DNA of 63,078 bases, filler included, from Octopus bimaculoides (GCF_001194135.2; 5 parts of 5 records of this genome joined end to end with filler, not necessarily neighbours in it); one strand, 5' to 3'; positions 1 through 12,872 are shown, counted from the whole stretch's first letter. Made by a program: numbers and translations. Notes: generated by a model not told the origin, from the sequence alone.

Positions 1-194
1 ACAGATTTGTTTTACTAGACTAAAGAATATATTTAAATCGTCATGGCAAAAGTATTATACAGTATTATACATAAGGTTTTTTCGCCTTGATAAAATTACC
101 GGATCTGCCGAAGCTTTTAGATGCCATTCGAAATGAAAAGTCCTGTTTGCTAGGGGTGGGGGATAATGTGTGACCAAAGTATTTTTCGGTAAAA

Positions 195-640
195 GGGTAA
201 TCGATCTGTAATTATCAATATGAGCTTATATTTTTCGATAAATGAGGTCTCTTTTAGTCGCACTTGTGTTGAGGTCCCAATAGCAAATTGATATAATGGG
301 ATGATTAGGAATTGTGGTTGCAGTTGTTCTGCACGTCTGTCAATGTGTTCACTGAGATGCATCTGGTAATATTGTGGGGAAGAGATCTGTTGTCTGTGAA
401 CTGTACCTCTACGTCTAAGGGACATTCCTGTCCTGTGTAACTTTTATAGTTTTTATGATAGCTCGAGCATCTTATGACATACATGAGGTTTTCAGAGGCG
501 ATTGTGAAATTGGATTTAATTTGGACTTATTGCCTTTGCTTAAAATGGAATTCTGATCCTTCCAAAAGATTGGGACATGTTCCGCAGTTACGTCGACCAC
601 AATTTTTTACTCTTGCATCCGTTATCCTTGATGTTGTTGA
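195..640 (-). mobile_element. Penelope-like element remnant, GIY-YIG endonuclease C-terminus
   Basis: Frameshifted translation CGRRNCGTCPNLLEGSEFHF..IKSNFTIASENLMYVIRCS..NY..GQ/MSLRRRGTVHRQQI..HLSEHID..RLKETSFIEKYK has the PLE CCHH Zn motif plus GIY-YIG layout; contains stops and frameshifts. Confidence 0.8.
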
Positions 641-675
641 ACATCAGCGCTGATCACAATGCGCATATGCATTGT

Positions 676-872
676 TTTAGCTTTCAAATGACGTCACCCC
701 GCTGGCTAGGCAAGCAGGCCACCATTCCCCTCTGAGAGAAAGGGGGGACGGGGACTGGAGCAACGTGAAATAAAGTGGTTTGCTCATGAACGCATCGTGC
801 CGCCCACTCACGGAATTGAACCCAGGATCTAGCGATCGTGAGTGCAACAGCCTAACCCCTAGACTACGCGCC

Positions 873-876
<4 letters not shown>
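676..876 (-). mobile_element. tRNA-derived SINE, head type B (V-domain-family-like), degenerate
   Basis: A/B-box-like head gaaggcgcgtagtctaggggttagg..gggttcaattcc; shares cacgttgctccag with the copy at 39935-40195. Confidence 0.7.
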
Positions 877-923
<47 letters not shown>

Positions 924-1764
924 NNNNNNNNNNNNNNNNNNNNNNNNNNNNNNNNNNNNNNNNNNNNNNNNNNNNNNNNNNNNNNNNNNNNNNNNNNNNN
1001 NNNNNNNNNNNNNNNNNNNNNNNNNNNNNNNNNNNNNNNNNNNNNNNNNNNNNNNNNNNNNNNNNNNNNNNNNNNNNNNNNNNNNNNNNNNNNNNNNNNN
1101 NNNNNNNNNNNNNNNNNNNNNNNNNNNNNNNNNNNNNNNNNNNNNNNNNNNNNNNNNNNNNNNNNNNNNNNNNNNNNNNNNNNNNNNNNNNNNNNNNNNN
1201 NNNNNNNNNNNNNNNNNNNNNNNNNNNNNNNNNNNNNNNNNNNNNNNNNNNNNNNNNNNNNNNNNNNNNNNNNNNNNNNNNNNNNNNNNNNNNNNNNNNN
1301 NNNNNNNNNNNNNNNNNNNNNNNNNNNNNNNNNNNNNNNNNNNNNNNNNNNNNNNNNNNNNNNNNNNNNNNNNNNNNNNNNNNNNNNNNNNNNNNNNNNN
1401 NNNNNNNNNNNNNNNNNNNNNNNNNNNNNNNNNNNNNNNNNNNNNNNNNNNNNNNNNNNNNNNNNNNNNNNNNNNNNNNNNNNNNNNNNNNNNNNNNNNN
1501 NNNNNNNNNNNNNNNNNNNNNNNNNNNNNNNNNNNNNNNNNNNNNNNNNNNNNNNNNNNNNNNNNNNNNNNNNNNNNNNNNNNNNNNNNNNNNNNNNNNN
1601 NNNNNNNNNNNNNNNNNNNNNNNNNNNNNNNNNNNNNNNNNNNNNNNNNNNNNNNNNNNNNNNNNNNNNNNNNNNNNNNNNNNNNNNNNNNNNNNNNNNN
1701 NNNNNNNNNNNNNNNNNNNNNNNNNNNNNNNNNNNNNNNNNNNNNNNNNNNNNNNNNNNNNNNN

Positions 1765-1815
<51 letters not shown>

Positions 1816-1839
1816 TTGTATGTGTGTATATGTGTTTGT

Positions 1840-2047
1840 GTGTCTGTGTTTGTCCTCCCTACATCGCTTGACAACTGAAGCTGCTGTGTTTACGTCCCCG
1901 TAACTTAGCGGTTCGGCAAAAGAGACCAATAGAATAAATACTTGGCTTACAAAGAATAAGTCCTGGGGTTGATTTGCTCGACTAAAAGCGGTGCTCCAGC
2001 ATGGCCACTGTCAAATGGTTGAAACAAGTAAAGAGTAAAAGAGTAAA
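1840..2047 (+). mobile_element. 3' half of CORE-type SINE
   Basis: Matches the 3' half of the full copy at 51360 (ttagcggttcggcaaaagagacc..ggtgctccagcatggcc..gaaacaagtaaagag). Confidence 0.85.
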
Positions 2048-2204
2048 TCTCTCTCTCAAATCATAGACTTTATCATCTCGACGACAAACGGGAAGGACAC
2101 GTTGCGTAATAAGGAAGTCTTAGACATTCCTCAAAAGATGGGATGGCTGCAGGTGGCATGTATTTTGATTATTGGGTCTACTGGGTCAGGACTGACCTGG
2201 TGTT

Positions 2205-2853
2205 CAACAACAACAACAACATAGCTACGGCATCAAGACCAGCTGCAGCAACACCTCTATCATAGCCACCTACACTACCACCGTGAGCACCACCACCATG
2301 ACCATCACCACCAACACGACAACCGCCACCACATACCATTGCCGTTATCACCACCACTACTACCACCACCACCACCACCACAGTAATCCCGAATATCTCT
2401 GAGACAGTGTGTGTGTGCGTGCGAGCGTGTGTGTGTGTGTAAGAGGGATGAATGAAGAGAATGAAAATAGGGGGCGTGGTGAGAGAGAAAAGAAAGAACA
2501 GGGGGAGAATGGGACGATGAAGAAAAAAAAATGAATGTGAGAAAGAGAACGTTTGTGTAGAAGAGAAAGCGAGAGGAGAGGAAGGGAGAGAGAGAATACT
2601 AGTGAGAGAGAGAGAGAGAGTGATTGAAGAGAGAAGGATATAGGGCGATATGTCAAATTAACTAAAAGAGATGTTATGACAGCTGAGAACGTCGGTAAAT
2701 ATCAAAGGAAACAAACAAGAGAACAACAGCAACACCACCACCACCACCACCACCACACTCACCACCACCGCCACCAATAACAACAACAACAGCAACAATA
2801 TAAACAAGATAACGAAAATTAAAACGGCACCAGTAATAATAATAATAATAATA

Positions 2854-2928
<75 letters not shown>

Positions 2929-3165
2929 GTAATAAAAATAAAAAATAATAATAATAATAATAACAATAATAATAATAATGATAATAATAATAATAATAAT
3001 ACCGATCATAATCTTGACAGCAGCAGTAATAACGACAACAACAAAAAAATCGACGAAAATAGAGCATGGATAACGGCGAAAACAAGCTAGAAAAGGCAGT
3101 CAAAAACCTAAAACAATAACAAAAAAATTAACAAAAACAATAACAACAAAAGCAGCGGCAAAGAC
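2205..3165. repeat. Patchwork of trinucleotide/GA microsatellites (CAA, CAC, GA, TAA)
   Basis: Direct inspection. Confidence 0.9.
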
Positions 3166-3743
3166 NNNNNNNNNNNNNNNNNNNNNNNNNNNNNNNNNNN
3201 NNNNNNNNNNNNNNNNNNNNNNNNNNNNNNNNNNNNNNNNNNNNNNNNNNNNNNNNNNNNNNNNNNNNNNNNNNNNNNNNNNNNNNNNNNNNNNNNNNNN
3301 NNNNNNNNNNNNNNNNNNNNNNNNNNNNNNNNNNNNNNNNNNNNNNNNNNNNNNNNNNNNNNNNNNNNNNNNNNNNNNNNNNNNNNNNNNNNNNNNNNNN
3401 NNNNNNNNNNNNNNNNNNNNNNNNNNNNNNNNNNNNNNNNNNNNNNNNNNNNNNNNNNNNNNNNNNNNNNNNNNNNNNNNNNNNNNNNNNNNNNNNNNNN
3501 NNNNNNNNNNNNNNNNNNNNNNNNNNNNNNNNNNNNNNNNNNNNNNNNNNNNNNNNNNNNNNNNNNNNNNNNNNNNNNNNNNNNNNNNNNNNNNNNNNNN
3601 NNNNNNNNNNNNNNNNNNNNNNNNNNNNNNNNNNNNNNNNNNNNNNNNNNNNNNNNNNNNNNNNNNNNNNNNNNNNNNNNNNNNNNNNNNNNNNNNNNNN
3701 NNNNNNNNNNNNNNNNNNNNNNNNNNNNNNNNNNNNNNNNNNG

Positions 3744-4098
3744 AGGGTTCCAGTTGATCCGATCAACGGAACAGCCTGCTCGTGAAATTAACGTGCAAGT
3801 GGCTGAGCACTTCACAGACACGTGTACCCTTAACGGAGTTTTCGGGGATATTCAGCGTGACACAGAGTGTGACAAGGCTGACCCTTTGAATTACAGGCAC
3901 AACAGAAACAGGAAGAAGGAGTGAGAGAAAGTTGTGGTGAAAGAGTACAGCAGGGTTCGCCATCATCCCCTGCCGGAGCCTCGTGGAGCTTTACGTGTTT
4001 TCGCTCAATAAACACTCACAACGCCCGGTCTGGGAATCGAAACCACGATCCTATGACCGCGAGTCCGCTGCTCTAACCACTGGGCCATTGCGCCTCAA
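3744..4098 (-). mobile_element. tRNA-derived SINE, head A plus tail A
   Basis: Near-identical to 11969-12343 and 52123-52448; head ggcgcaatggcccagtggttag..ggtttcgattccc. Confidence 0.9.
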
Positions 4099-4419
4099 CT
4101 ACAGTATAGAGCTATTCTAATGCCTTTGTGTGGGTATTTCATTAAGGAAAGTATATAATTATAAAACATCGATAAATTATTAATCGTTTTACGTACTTTA
4201 TACAAATGCTTTGTTCAAGATGAGCAACGCAACTTTTGAGTCATTTACTACATTTTTGGCTGAGGGTGACTTTAGTGCTGTTGATCTGTTTTGAGCCAAG
4301 AGAAGCAGACTGAGTCGCCAGGCACAAGGTTCTCATTACGCTTATCGATACCAATAATCATTAGAAACACGGCAAGTGCATTATCCTTTGTTCAAACCAA
4401 ATTTAGCACGGCTAGCGAG

Positions 4420-5090
4420 TCATACGCTGGAAAGGAAATATAATAAGCTACCATACAAAGTTAGTATAAGAAACTAGTGTAACAAGACATTTACTCTCCT
4501 TCATCGGAAAAGATTTTCCGAACAGCCATAAATTGCACCAGATGTCCAACGAAAACGATGTCAAGGTAAAAGTCACAGCTGCATAAAAAATGCCCATTGC
4601 TGTTAAGATACGCATGTAAAATATTACAAAAAGAGTTGTGCAATGGGATATGGCATACAGCTGCGGAAATAGAGCGTTGCTTCTCACCTCAGAGAAAATG
4701 TCTTAAGTAATGCGTTGTAAATCAAGCTGATGTCTCCATTAACAAATCAAAAACCGTTTGTAAGCAACTTTTGAGTGAGTAATCTGTGAGCGCTATCACT
4801 TAGTGATCACTTATTCAAAAGTCGCTTGCATCAGGATAACAGCTTATCCCATCAGCGCTACATGGAAAACACAACAGAGCTTTCAAATCACATTCGGAAA
4901 TCAAGGGACAAAGAAGAGACCACCATCGTTTGACGAGCAACGTTCTATAACGATCCAGCATTTAATAGCGGATCAAACCTTGATACTTCATATCATCCGC
5001 TATTCTATCGCTACCATCTTAAGTAAAAAGAAGGAACTAATTTTAATTTGCCTACATTTGGTTAATTATTCTTCGAAAATATCCAAGACA
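4420..5090 (+). mobile_element. Penelope-like element remnant (RT C-terminus/linker plus GIY-YIG), different subfamily from 195-640
   Basis: Broken frames RWKGNII..TSVTRHLLSFIGKDFPNSHKLHQMSNENDVKV..SC, KCLK*CVVNQADV, TTELSNHIRKSRDK, LHIIRYS.ATILSKKKELILICLH match the PLE pattern NIIWFNPP..KHFP..HKLHKIFNRN.VKVSYSC..STELSKHIW..LNKRSELISKCRH. Confidence 0.75.
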
Positions 5091-6784
5091 GCCCTCTTGG
5101 TACACTATAGACTCTTGGTTCCCAACCATTTTTTACCTAAGGACTCCAGTGATTCCTATATTACTCTACTGGATACCCGTGTTAAAAAAGAAATTCTATT
5201 ATATTTTTATAATTAAATATCGTTAGGAATTGTATATAAAAAGATTGTTGAAATACTTTGTATAGTATAGAAGTTTAAACCGATCTATTGCTCATAAACA
5301 TTAACAACATGGACCACTAATGCATAATAGCAACGATATATATATATATATATANNNNNNNNNNNNNNNNNNNNNNNNNNNNNNNNNNNNNNNNNNNNNN
5401 NNNNNNNNNNNNNNNNNNNNNNNNNNNNNNNNNNNNNNNNNNNNNNNNNNNNNNNNNNNNNNNNNNNNNNNNNNNNNNNNNNNNNNNNNNNNNNNNNNNN
5501 NNNNNNNNNNNNNNNNNNNNNNNNNNNNNNNNNNNNNNNNNNNNNNNNNNNNNNNNNNNNNNNNNNNNNNNNNNNNNNNNNNNNNNNNNNNNNNNNNNNN
5601 NNNNNNNNNNNNNNNNNNNNNNNNNNNNNNNNNNNNNNNNNNNNNNNNNNNNNNNNNNNNNNNNNNNNNNNNNNNNNNNNNNNNNNNNNNNNNNNNNNNN
5701 NNNNNNNNNNNNNNNNNNNNNNNNNNNNNNNNNNNNNNNNNNNNNNNNNNNNNNNNNNNNNNNNNNNNNNNNNNNNNNNNNNNNNNNNNNNNNNNNNNNN
5801 NNNNNNNNNNNNNNNNNNNNNNNNNNNNNNNNNNNNNNNNNNNNNNNNNNNNNNNNNNNNNNNNNNNNNNNNNNNNNNNNNNNNNNNNNNNNNNNNNNNN
5901 NNNNNNNNNNNNNNNNNNNNNNNNNNNNNNNNNNNNNNNNNNNNNNNNNNNNNNNNNNNNNNNNNNNNNNNNNNNNNNNNNNNNNNNNNNNNNNNNNNNN
6001 NNNNNNNNNNNNNNNNNNNNNNNNNNNNNNNNNNNNNNNNNNNNNNNNNNNNNNNNNNNNNNNNNNNNNNNNNNNNNNNNNNNNNNNNNNNNNNNNNNNN
6101 NNNNNNNNNNNNNNNNNNNNNNNNNNNNNNNNNNNNNNNNNNNNNNNNNNNNNNNNNNNNNNNNNNNNNNNNNNNNNNNNNNNNNNNNNNNNNNNNNNNN
6201 NNNNNNNNNNNNNNNNNNNNNNNNNNNNNNAACTCGTTTCGTTGATTTTGTTTTTCTTTCTTCTAATTTTGTTTGTTTATATATTCACAATAAACGAGCG
6301 CTATATTTAAAAATAAAACACATTCGCCACCTTCTCTAACATTTTAAACATTATTAATACAACATAAATAATTTGAGTATTTTATCAAACGTGCATCGCT
6401 GTTTTTAATAAAGCGTGAAATTAAACTCCCTTAAAACAACAATAAATAACAGCAAATGAGATTACATTTTCCGTGTTTAAATCAAAACAGGATTGTTGTG
6501 TTTAGCTGTTTTTATTTGCTGCTATTAACTTGGATTATTATATTTATTTTATGATTTTATTTATTAAGTAGGAGAACAACTGTATATAAAAATGGCGGTG
6601 CTGGGTGGCAGAATGGACAAAGAGTCGAGATGATTTTATTCCAAACTGAAATGCTTGGCACTGGAAGTTGCTCGGACTTATCTTTTGGCTCTTTTACTTA
6701 TTTCAGTTATTGGATTGCGGCCATGCTTGGGCAACCAACCCCTATACATCTGCTTTTTTTAAAAAACTTCATTATTGTCTAATA

Positions 6785-7099
6785 CAGTGGTTCCCAAAGT
6801 GGGCGGTATTGCACCCCCGTGAGAGTGGCGTAAAGTTCCAAGGCGGCGTTGAATAAAAGTGGGGCGATAATGGGGTGGCGATTCATGTAAAAATTGAGAA
6901 GATAATGGGGTGGCGATTCATGTAATAAAAAACAAAATAATGGGTTCTTTAGGTTAAGTTTTATTTGTGAAATACAGTTGCTTTGAATTTGCTTCAGAAA
7001 GAGGTATGTGTTTGTGATGGTTAGTTGGGGTGAGGGCGGCGCTGGGAATGTGGCCTGGGTGTCAAGGGGGCGGCAGACCGAAAAAGTTTAGAACCACGA
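6785..7099. mobile_element. hAT-like MITE
   Basis: Left end cagtggttcccaaagtgggcgg; right end ..aaagtttagaaccacga is an imperfect inverse. Internal 25-nt direct repeat gataatggggtggcgattcatgtaa (6866, 6901). No 8-bp TSD seen. Confidence 0.6.
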
Positions 7100-7276
7100 G
7101 AAGAGTTCATGCTCAACTGGTGAAGGTCAAACAACTGAGAAGCAAATCTATGGTATTGAGCAGAATATTTGCTGTAGCCCATCTTTTATACCAAGACAAA
7201 ACAATGTACATGATAACACTTCCAATCAATTAAGATCAGCAGCCATGAGAGCCACTGCCTGGTACTGCATCCGGGC

Positions 7277-7277
<1 letters not shown>

Positions 7278-7333
<56 letters not shown>
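7278..7333. repeat. (ATT/TAA)n microsatellite at the 3' end of the R4/Dong LINE
   Basis: Direct inspection. Confidence 0.95.
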
Positions 7334-9840
7334 CTACTTTTAATTTCCATATTTGTTACAATCACTTGCTGAGACACACCGAGCGTCCTGGAGCGAGTGA
7401 AGGATAAGAGATGTTATAGTTTGACTAAAAGCTTGGGGAGGGGAAGTGGTAGGGGCATTAGCGAAAATATATTCATGTGATACAATACAGACAATAAAAT
7501 GGATAGGGTTTTTCTAAGGATCTGGGCAGTACTTGTCAGCACAATCTTTTGGATTTCTCTGAGACATGGTTCTCCTAGAATATTATCTAGATGTTTCTGA
7601 CATCCTTTTTTTTTTTTTATCATATCTGGGGCACCTACCCTAACAGGAACAGTTCTCACTTTAAGTTGCCACATCTTTTGTATTTCAATCTCCAGGTCCT
7701 TATATTTACTTAATTTGTCAAATTCCTTTACAGATATATTTTTATCAGTGGGAACACTTACATCTATTGGTCTACAAGTGTTCTTATCGTACTCTTTAAT
7801 AATTATGTCTGGTCAATTAGCCTGGATCGTTCTGTCAGTGTTGACTGGAAAATCCCAGAGGATAGTGACATTTTTACCTTCAATGACTGGCTCTGAATAA
7901 TGTTCATACCAATAAGCAGGAATGCTGATTTTGTAGTCTTTACATATTTTCCAATGTAAATACTGTCCTACTCCGCCGTGACGATTTTTGTTTTCGTTTG
8001 GTGTCAGCACAGGACATCCCGAGACAAGATGGTCTATTGTTTCGTCAAATGTGTCGCAGAATCTGCATTTAGGGTCAGAACCGTTTCGAAGAACGTTAGC
8101 CTGGTAGTTTTTTAAGCAAGCTTTGATCTTGTGTCGCCAATATGAAACCTTCAGTCTCGGCTTTAAGTCCTGAACTTCTCAGTCACTGATGAATTGTTGC
8201 TTGGTCTACATCAGCATTTCGACTACGAAGTATATACTGTCCATGCAGAGGTTTCTGGTTCCACCGCTCCTCAATTTGTTTCTGCCCGTTCTTTGTTTGC
8301 AGTCTGCTTAATCTGTTTTGCTTGTTTTGTGGCAGTGGTTTCAGGTTCTTTAACTATTTAGGGTTTAATGCCAAGTTCCCCTGCGAATTTGCAAGCTTCC
8401 TTGACAATAGAACGTGATTTTTTACTGCTTTTGAGTTTGCTCACAAACTCCAGCGTCCAGTCCTCTGTACTAGCTAAGTACCTGTTCATTGCTATTATGG
8501 AGGTCTTATAGCACAGTACTACCTGCATCATTCTTCTTCTCCCATTACTTCTAGGTAGGTACAAACGATCAACGTCTGCTTTTGGGTGCTGCATGTTCTT
8601 AGATGCTAAGTAGTTTTCTTGTCTTCCTGCCCAGGCGTTGGAGCTCTGTAAGATTCCAGTTAATGATGTTAAAACTATATTGGACTTCTGGAAGTGCCAG
8701 GGTGTTAATGTCTTCGATGCGATTTTTGAAGTTGAGTTTCAGTTTTTATCCTTTCTTATTTTTTCCTTCATAGTACTATGTTGTACACGATCTCCTTTGT
8801 TTATCCCCAGGTATTTGTAATTTTCTTGTGGATCAAGCTCCTTGATGGTAGTGTCGGTATCCAATTTAATGGAAGCTGTTTGCCTGAACTTGCCTCTTAC
8901 AAATGTTGCTTTAGCACACTTATCAAGGCCAAAATCCATCTCGATGTCATCACGGAACCTTTTAACAGTTGTTAGCAGCCCTGCTAGCTCTTCGTCGTTT
9001 CTAGCAAACAGCTTCAGATCGTCCGTATAAAACAGATGGTTTATTGTCGTATTATAAACTTTGAACCCACACCTGGAGTTATTCAGTTCGTTTCAGAGTG
9101 GGATCAGCGCCATGCAAAAGAGTAATGGGGAAAGGGAGTTACTTTGAAAGATGCCTCGTTTGATATTGATGTTGTTAGATTGAATCATCCCATTACCATT
9201 GTTTAGAAGGAGACGTGTGTTCCACTTGGCCAAGCTGCCTTTGAAAGATTTGGAGACGACAAGAGAGATCTTTTGTATCTCAAGGGCCTTGAATAGCCAA
9301 TTATATGAGACACTATCAAACGCTTTCCTATAGTCTATCCATGTCATATTCAGGTTCTTCTAGCTCCGGCACTTCTCTACAATCATTTTACTTATAAGTA
9401 ATTCATCTTTGCACCAATAAGAATTCCTTTTACAGCCGTTTTGAGCTTGTGGAAGTATAGACTTCTGTTCAAGGAAAGCTTATATTCTGTCAGTTAATAT
9501 GGATATGAGGATCTCGTAGTTGGTGTTCAGACATATCATTGGTCGGTAGTTCTTTGGATCTTTTTGTGTCTTCATTTTTTGGTAGAAGGTATGTTGTTCC
9601 TTCGGTCAGCCAGGCAGGTATTTGCTCTGGGTTCTGGGTGACATCTGTTAGAAATGCAGCGAAATTTTGGTGGACTTCTGTCAAACAATTCAGCCAGAAG
9701 TTAGGGGTTCGGTCCAGTCCTGGGGTTTTCCATTTGTGAAACTTTCTAAGAACACATCTTAGCTCTTCTATTTCTATTGCCTCCCATTTCTGCTCTTCAA
9801 CTTTATCCAGTCTCACTTTCTCACAACCTATCCAGTCAGC
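7334..9840 (-). mobile_element. R4/Dong-clade non-LTR retrotransposon (RT plus restriction-like endonuclease), decayed, 5'-truncated
   Basis: Collinear fragments WKTPGLD..NFWL, WIDYRKAFDSV, RGIFQSNSLSPLLFC, FGLDKCA, YKYLG, HPKADVDRLYLPR, RHGGVGQYLHWKIC, ILWDFPVNTDRTIQAN, MWQLKVRTVPV; the 3' UTR runs into (TAA)n. Confidence 0.88.
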
Positions 9841-9930
9841 TAGTGTATGTAGGTCCCAGCTCTGTCGTGTCTGTGAATATATTCCTTCTTAGCCAGGACA
9901 GGGCAGCCAAAGATAAAATGATTTATTGTT
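9841..9930 (-). mobile_element. Out-of-order fragment of a second R4/Dong copy (Zn-knuckle/RHD region)
   Basis: ETINHFIFGCPVLAKKEYIHRHDRAGTYIH is a C-terminal motif but lies upstream of the RT N-terminus of the 7334-9840 copy. Confidence 0.75.
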
Positions 9931-9995
9931 TCTTCTTCTTCTTCTTCTTCTTCTTCTTCTTCTTCTTCTTCTTCTTCTTCTTCTTCTTCTTCTTC
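9929..9995. repeat. (TTC/GAA)n microsatellite
   Basis: Direct inspection; abuts a gap. Confidence 0.95.
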
Positions 9996-10579
9996 NNNNN
10001 NNNNNNNNNNNNNNNNNNNNNNNNNNNNNNNNNNNNNNNNNNNNNNNNNNNNNNNNNNNNNNNNNNNNNNNNNNNNNNNNNNNNNNNNNNNNNNNNNNNN
10101 NNNNNNNNNNNNNNNNNNNNNNNNNNNNNNNNNNNNNNNNNNNNNNNNNNNNNNNNNNNNNNNNNNNNNNNNNNNNNNNNNNNNNNNNNNNNNNNNNNNN
10201 NNNNNNNNNNNNNNNNNNNNNNNNNNNNNNNNNNNNNNNNNNNNNNNNNNNNNNNNNNNNNNNNNNNNNNNNNNNNNNNNNNNNNNNNNNNNNNNNNNNN
10301 NNNNNNNNNNNNNNNNNNNNNNNNNNNNNNNNNNNNNNNNNNNNNNNNNNNNNNNNNNNNNNNNNNNNNNNNNNNNNNNNNNNNNNNNNNNNNNNNNNNN
10401 GGGGGGGGGGGTCAAAATAATCAAATATCCCTCTTCTCTCCCCCATATTTCAGGTCATGTGCCTATAACAGAAACGATTAATTACGTCATTAATTACTTA
10501 ATTACTATTTCATTTACAATGATGCTTTGAACACCAGTTCGTGATGACAGGTAAGAGATATATGGTGCCGCGATGGCGT

Positions 10580-10680
10580 TTATATAAAGTATTTATGACG
10601 AGGGTCTCGTGTGAACATTTGCCTCGTTAAGTCCTCACCGAGTGTCATCAAATCTCGGATTTCATAGCCTGCAATTTGGT
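10580..10680 (-). CDS. Candidate terminal coding exon of chordin (C-terminal tail to stop)
   Basis: Non-repetitive sequence. Two AG acceptors (exon starts 10680 and 10668) both give the required phase 1 into an open frame (H)QIAGYEIRDLMTLGEDLTRQMFTRDPRHKYFI*. Polypyrimidine tract is weak and no homology recognised. Confidence 0.33.
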
Positions 10681-10994
10681 CTGTTATTGTGTAAATAAGC
10701 ATTTTCTCATTATTTCCTATTTTTGCACTGCAATGTGTGTAGGTGGTTATATGTCCGTCTCTGCGAGTGTGTGAATGTGTTTGCTTATATATATATGCAT
10801 GTGTACATCTCTCTCTCTCCATCTCTCCCACTCTCCCACTCTCTCTATACATACATACATACATACATACATACATACATACATACATACATACATACAT
10901 AGATACGTACGTACATACGAGAGAGATGGTATGTTGGTGCAAACAGGAAAAATAGAATTCAGAATAGGTGTATATGTATGTTTTTATTCGTGTT

Positions 10995-11082
10995 TCGGAG
11001 AAGCAACAGAGGGACTCAAAGGCCGACAGTTTCGTGCATTGGCTCTTATCAAAGTAGTTAACGATCCTGCCAGCTCGCCGCC

Positions 11083-11085
<3 letters not shown>
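10995..11085 (-). mobile_element. Meta-type SINE head fragment followed by (TAA)n
   Basis: aggcggcgagctggcaggatcgtt head as in 29720-29934. Confidence 0.55.
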
Positions 11086-11155
<70 letters not shown>

Positions 11156-11398
11156 TAAGAATGAAGATGATGGTGATATGTATGTATGTATGTATGTATG
11201 TATTTATTTATCCATATAATTATAGTTCATGGAATTCGTGTAAATAGCATATGTATGTACATTGCATACATACATACGTACATATACATACATACATACG
11301 TATATACATGCATACATAAATACATACATACGTTCATATATATATATGTATATANNNNNNNNNNNNNNNNNNNNNNNNNNNNNNNNNNNNNNNNNNNN

Positions 11399-11410
11399 TT
11401 AATTAATTAA
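11399..11410. other. Assembly gap linker TTAATTAATTAA (also 13636-13647, 38019-38030, 48772-48783)
   Basis: Identical 12-mer with stops in all six frames, always embedded between N runs. Confidence 0.9.
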
Positions 11411-11968
11411 NNNNNNNNNNNNNNNNNNNNNNNNNNNNNNNNNNNNNNNNNNNNGTGTAAAAGGAAACAAACATATAAAAAGAAATTTTATTCATAAACT
11501 TGATCGGTTTGTACTTTAGCCACTGCCGGGTAGTGTGTTTAATTTGTTTACTGAACACCGCCGCGAATTCCCCCTTGTTTTTCAAACCCCACCCCCGCTA
11601 AATCACAAAATAGGGGCGGTGAGATATGCTTTATTTTGCAAATCCTGGCAGTAACACTGAAGTTGGAAGCAGGATAATAATCTAATTCTACACTTTATCA
11701 CATTCAAGAATATAAACACGTTTTTAAGCGCAACACACGCGGAAACAAAAAGAAACACTACCTTTTACCCGACACTGTCATTCACACAGTGCTCTCTCTC
11801 CCTTGTGTGAAGCTTCCTATCTCGGACATGTGAGCATGCGCACAACAGCTAAATACCGCGTCGCTGGAACTGTGAAATGCACAATTTTATACAAGGACTT
11901 TTGTATTTTTTTCATAAACTAAGGGATGGCTACTGACATTAAGCTTAAGGATTATATAATGTACAAGT

Positions 11969-12343
11969 TAGTTGGCACTCCGTCGCTTACGACGTCAAGG
12001 GTTCCAGTTGATCCCTTCAACGGAACAGCCTGCTCGTGAAATTAACGTGCAAGTGGCTGAGCACTCCACAGACCTTTAACGTAGTTCTCGGGGATATTCA
12101 GCATGACACAGTGTGACAAGGCTGACCCATTGAATTACAGGCACAACAGAAACAGGAAGTAAGAGTGAGAGAAAGTTGTGGTGGAAGAGTACAGCAGAGT
12201 TCGCCACCATCCCCTGCAGGAGCTTCGTAGAGCTTTAGGTGTTTTCGCTCAATAAACACTCACAACGGCCGGTCTGGGAATCGAAACCGCGATCCTATGA
12301 CCGCGAGTCCGCTGCCCTAACCACTGGGCCATTGCGCCTCCAC
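11969..12343 (-). mobile_element. Full-length tRNA-derived SINE (head A plus tail A) with 9-bp TSD
   Basis: TSD tgtacaagt at 11960-11968 and 12344-12352. Confidence 0.92.
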
Positions 12344-12816
12344 TGTACAAGTATAAAGAAAGAATTAAACAAAAAAGGACTCATTATATTGAATGTTATC
12401 GATAATATCGAGTGGAAATAGGGGGTGCTGCAGTTCCGCAGTTCCTATGCACGAGTCGCCACTGGTTGCCACTAATCCTCACGCTGCCGAAACAACACGG
12501 GCGATTGTATCTGATTTTTGAATGGAACTCTTATAACATCCCCTCCTGATAGATTTATATATCAACAAATAAGTATGTTAGATATAACTTGTTTTTAAGT
12601 GTATGTATACTTAGAAACCGTTCTAATCATAACGCGAGAAGTGAATAGAAGATAGGTCATCAACACTGCTCAGAGATTTAGCTAGCGATCAAGCAAGTAA
12701 CCTCTCTTTATAGTTTAGAATGTAATAAAAATTTATCCTTCGTATATATGAAAGAAACCGGCATTCTCAGAATATATTCATATCATTTCTCCCAACAACA
12801 ACAACAACAGCAATAA

Positions 12817-12851
<35 letters not shown>

Positions 12852-12872
12852 ACAACAACTTCCTAAATAATT

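Noticed and set aside
4020-4098. tRNA-like sequences (also 12270-12343, 40553-40625, 51360-51430)
   Set aside because: They are SINE heads continuing into SINE bodies with TSDs, not tRNA genes
4803-5216. 137-aa ORF as a host gene
   Set aside because: Its C-terminal part is the decayed Penelope GIY-YIG tail reached by frameshift
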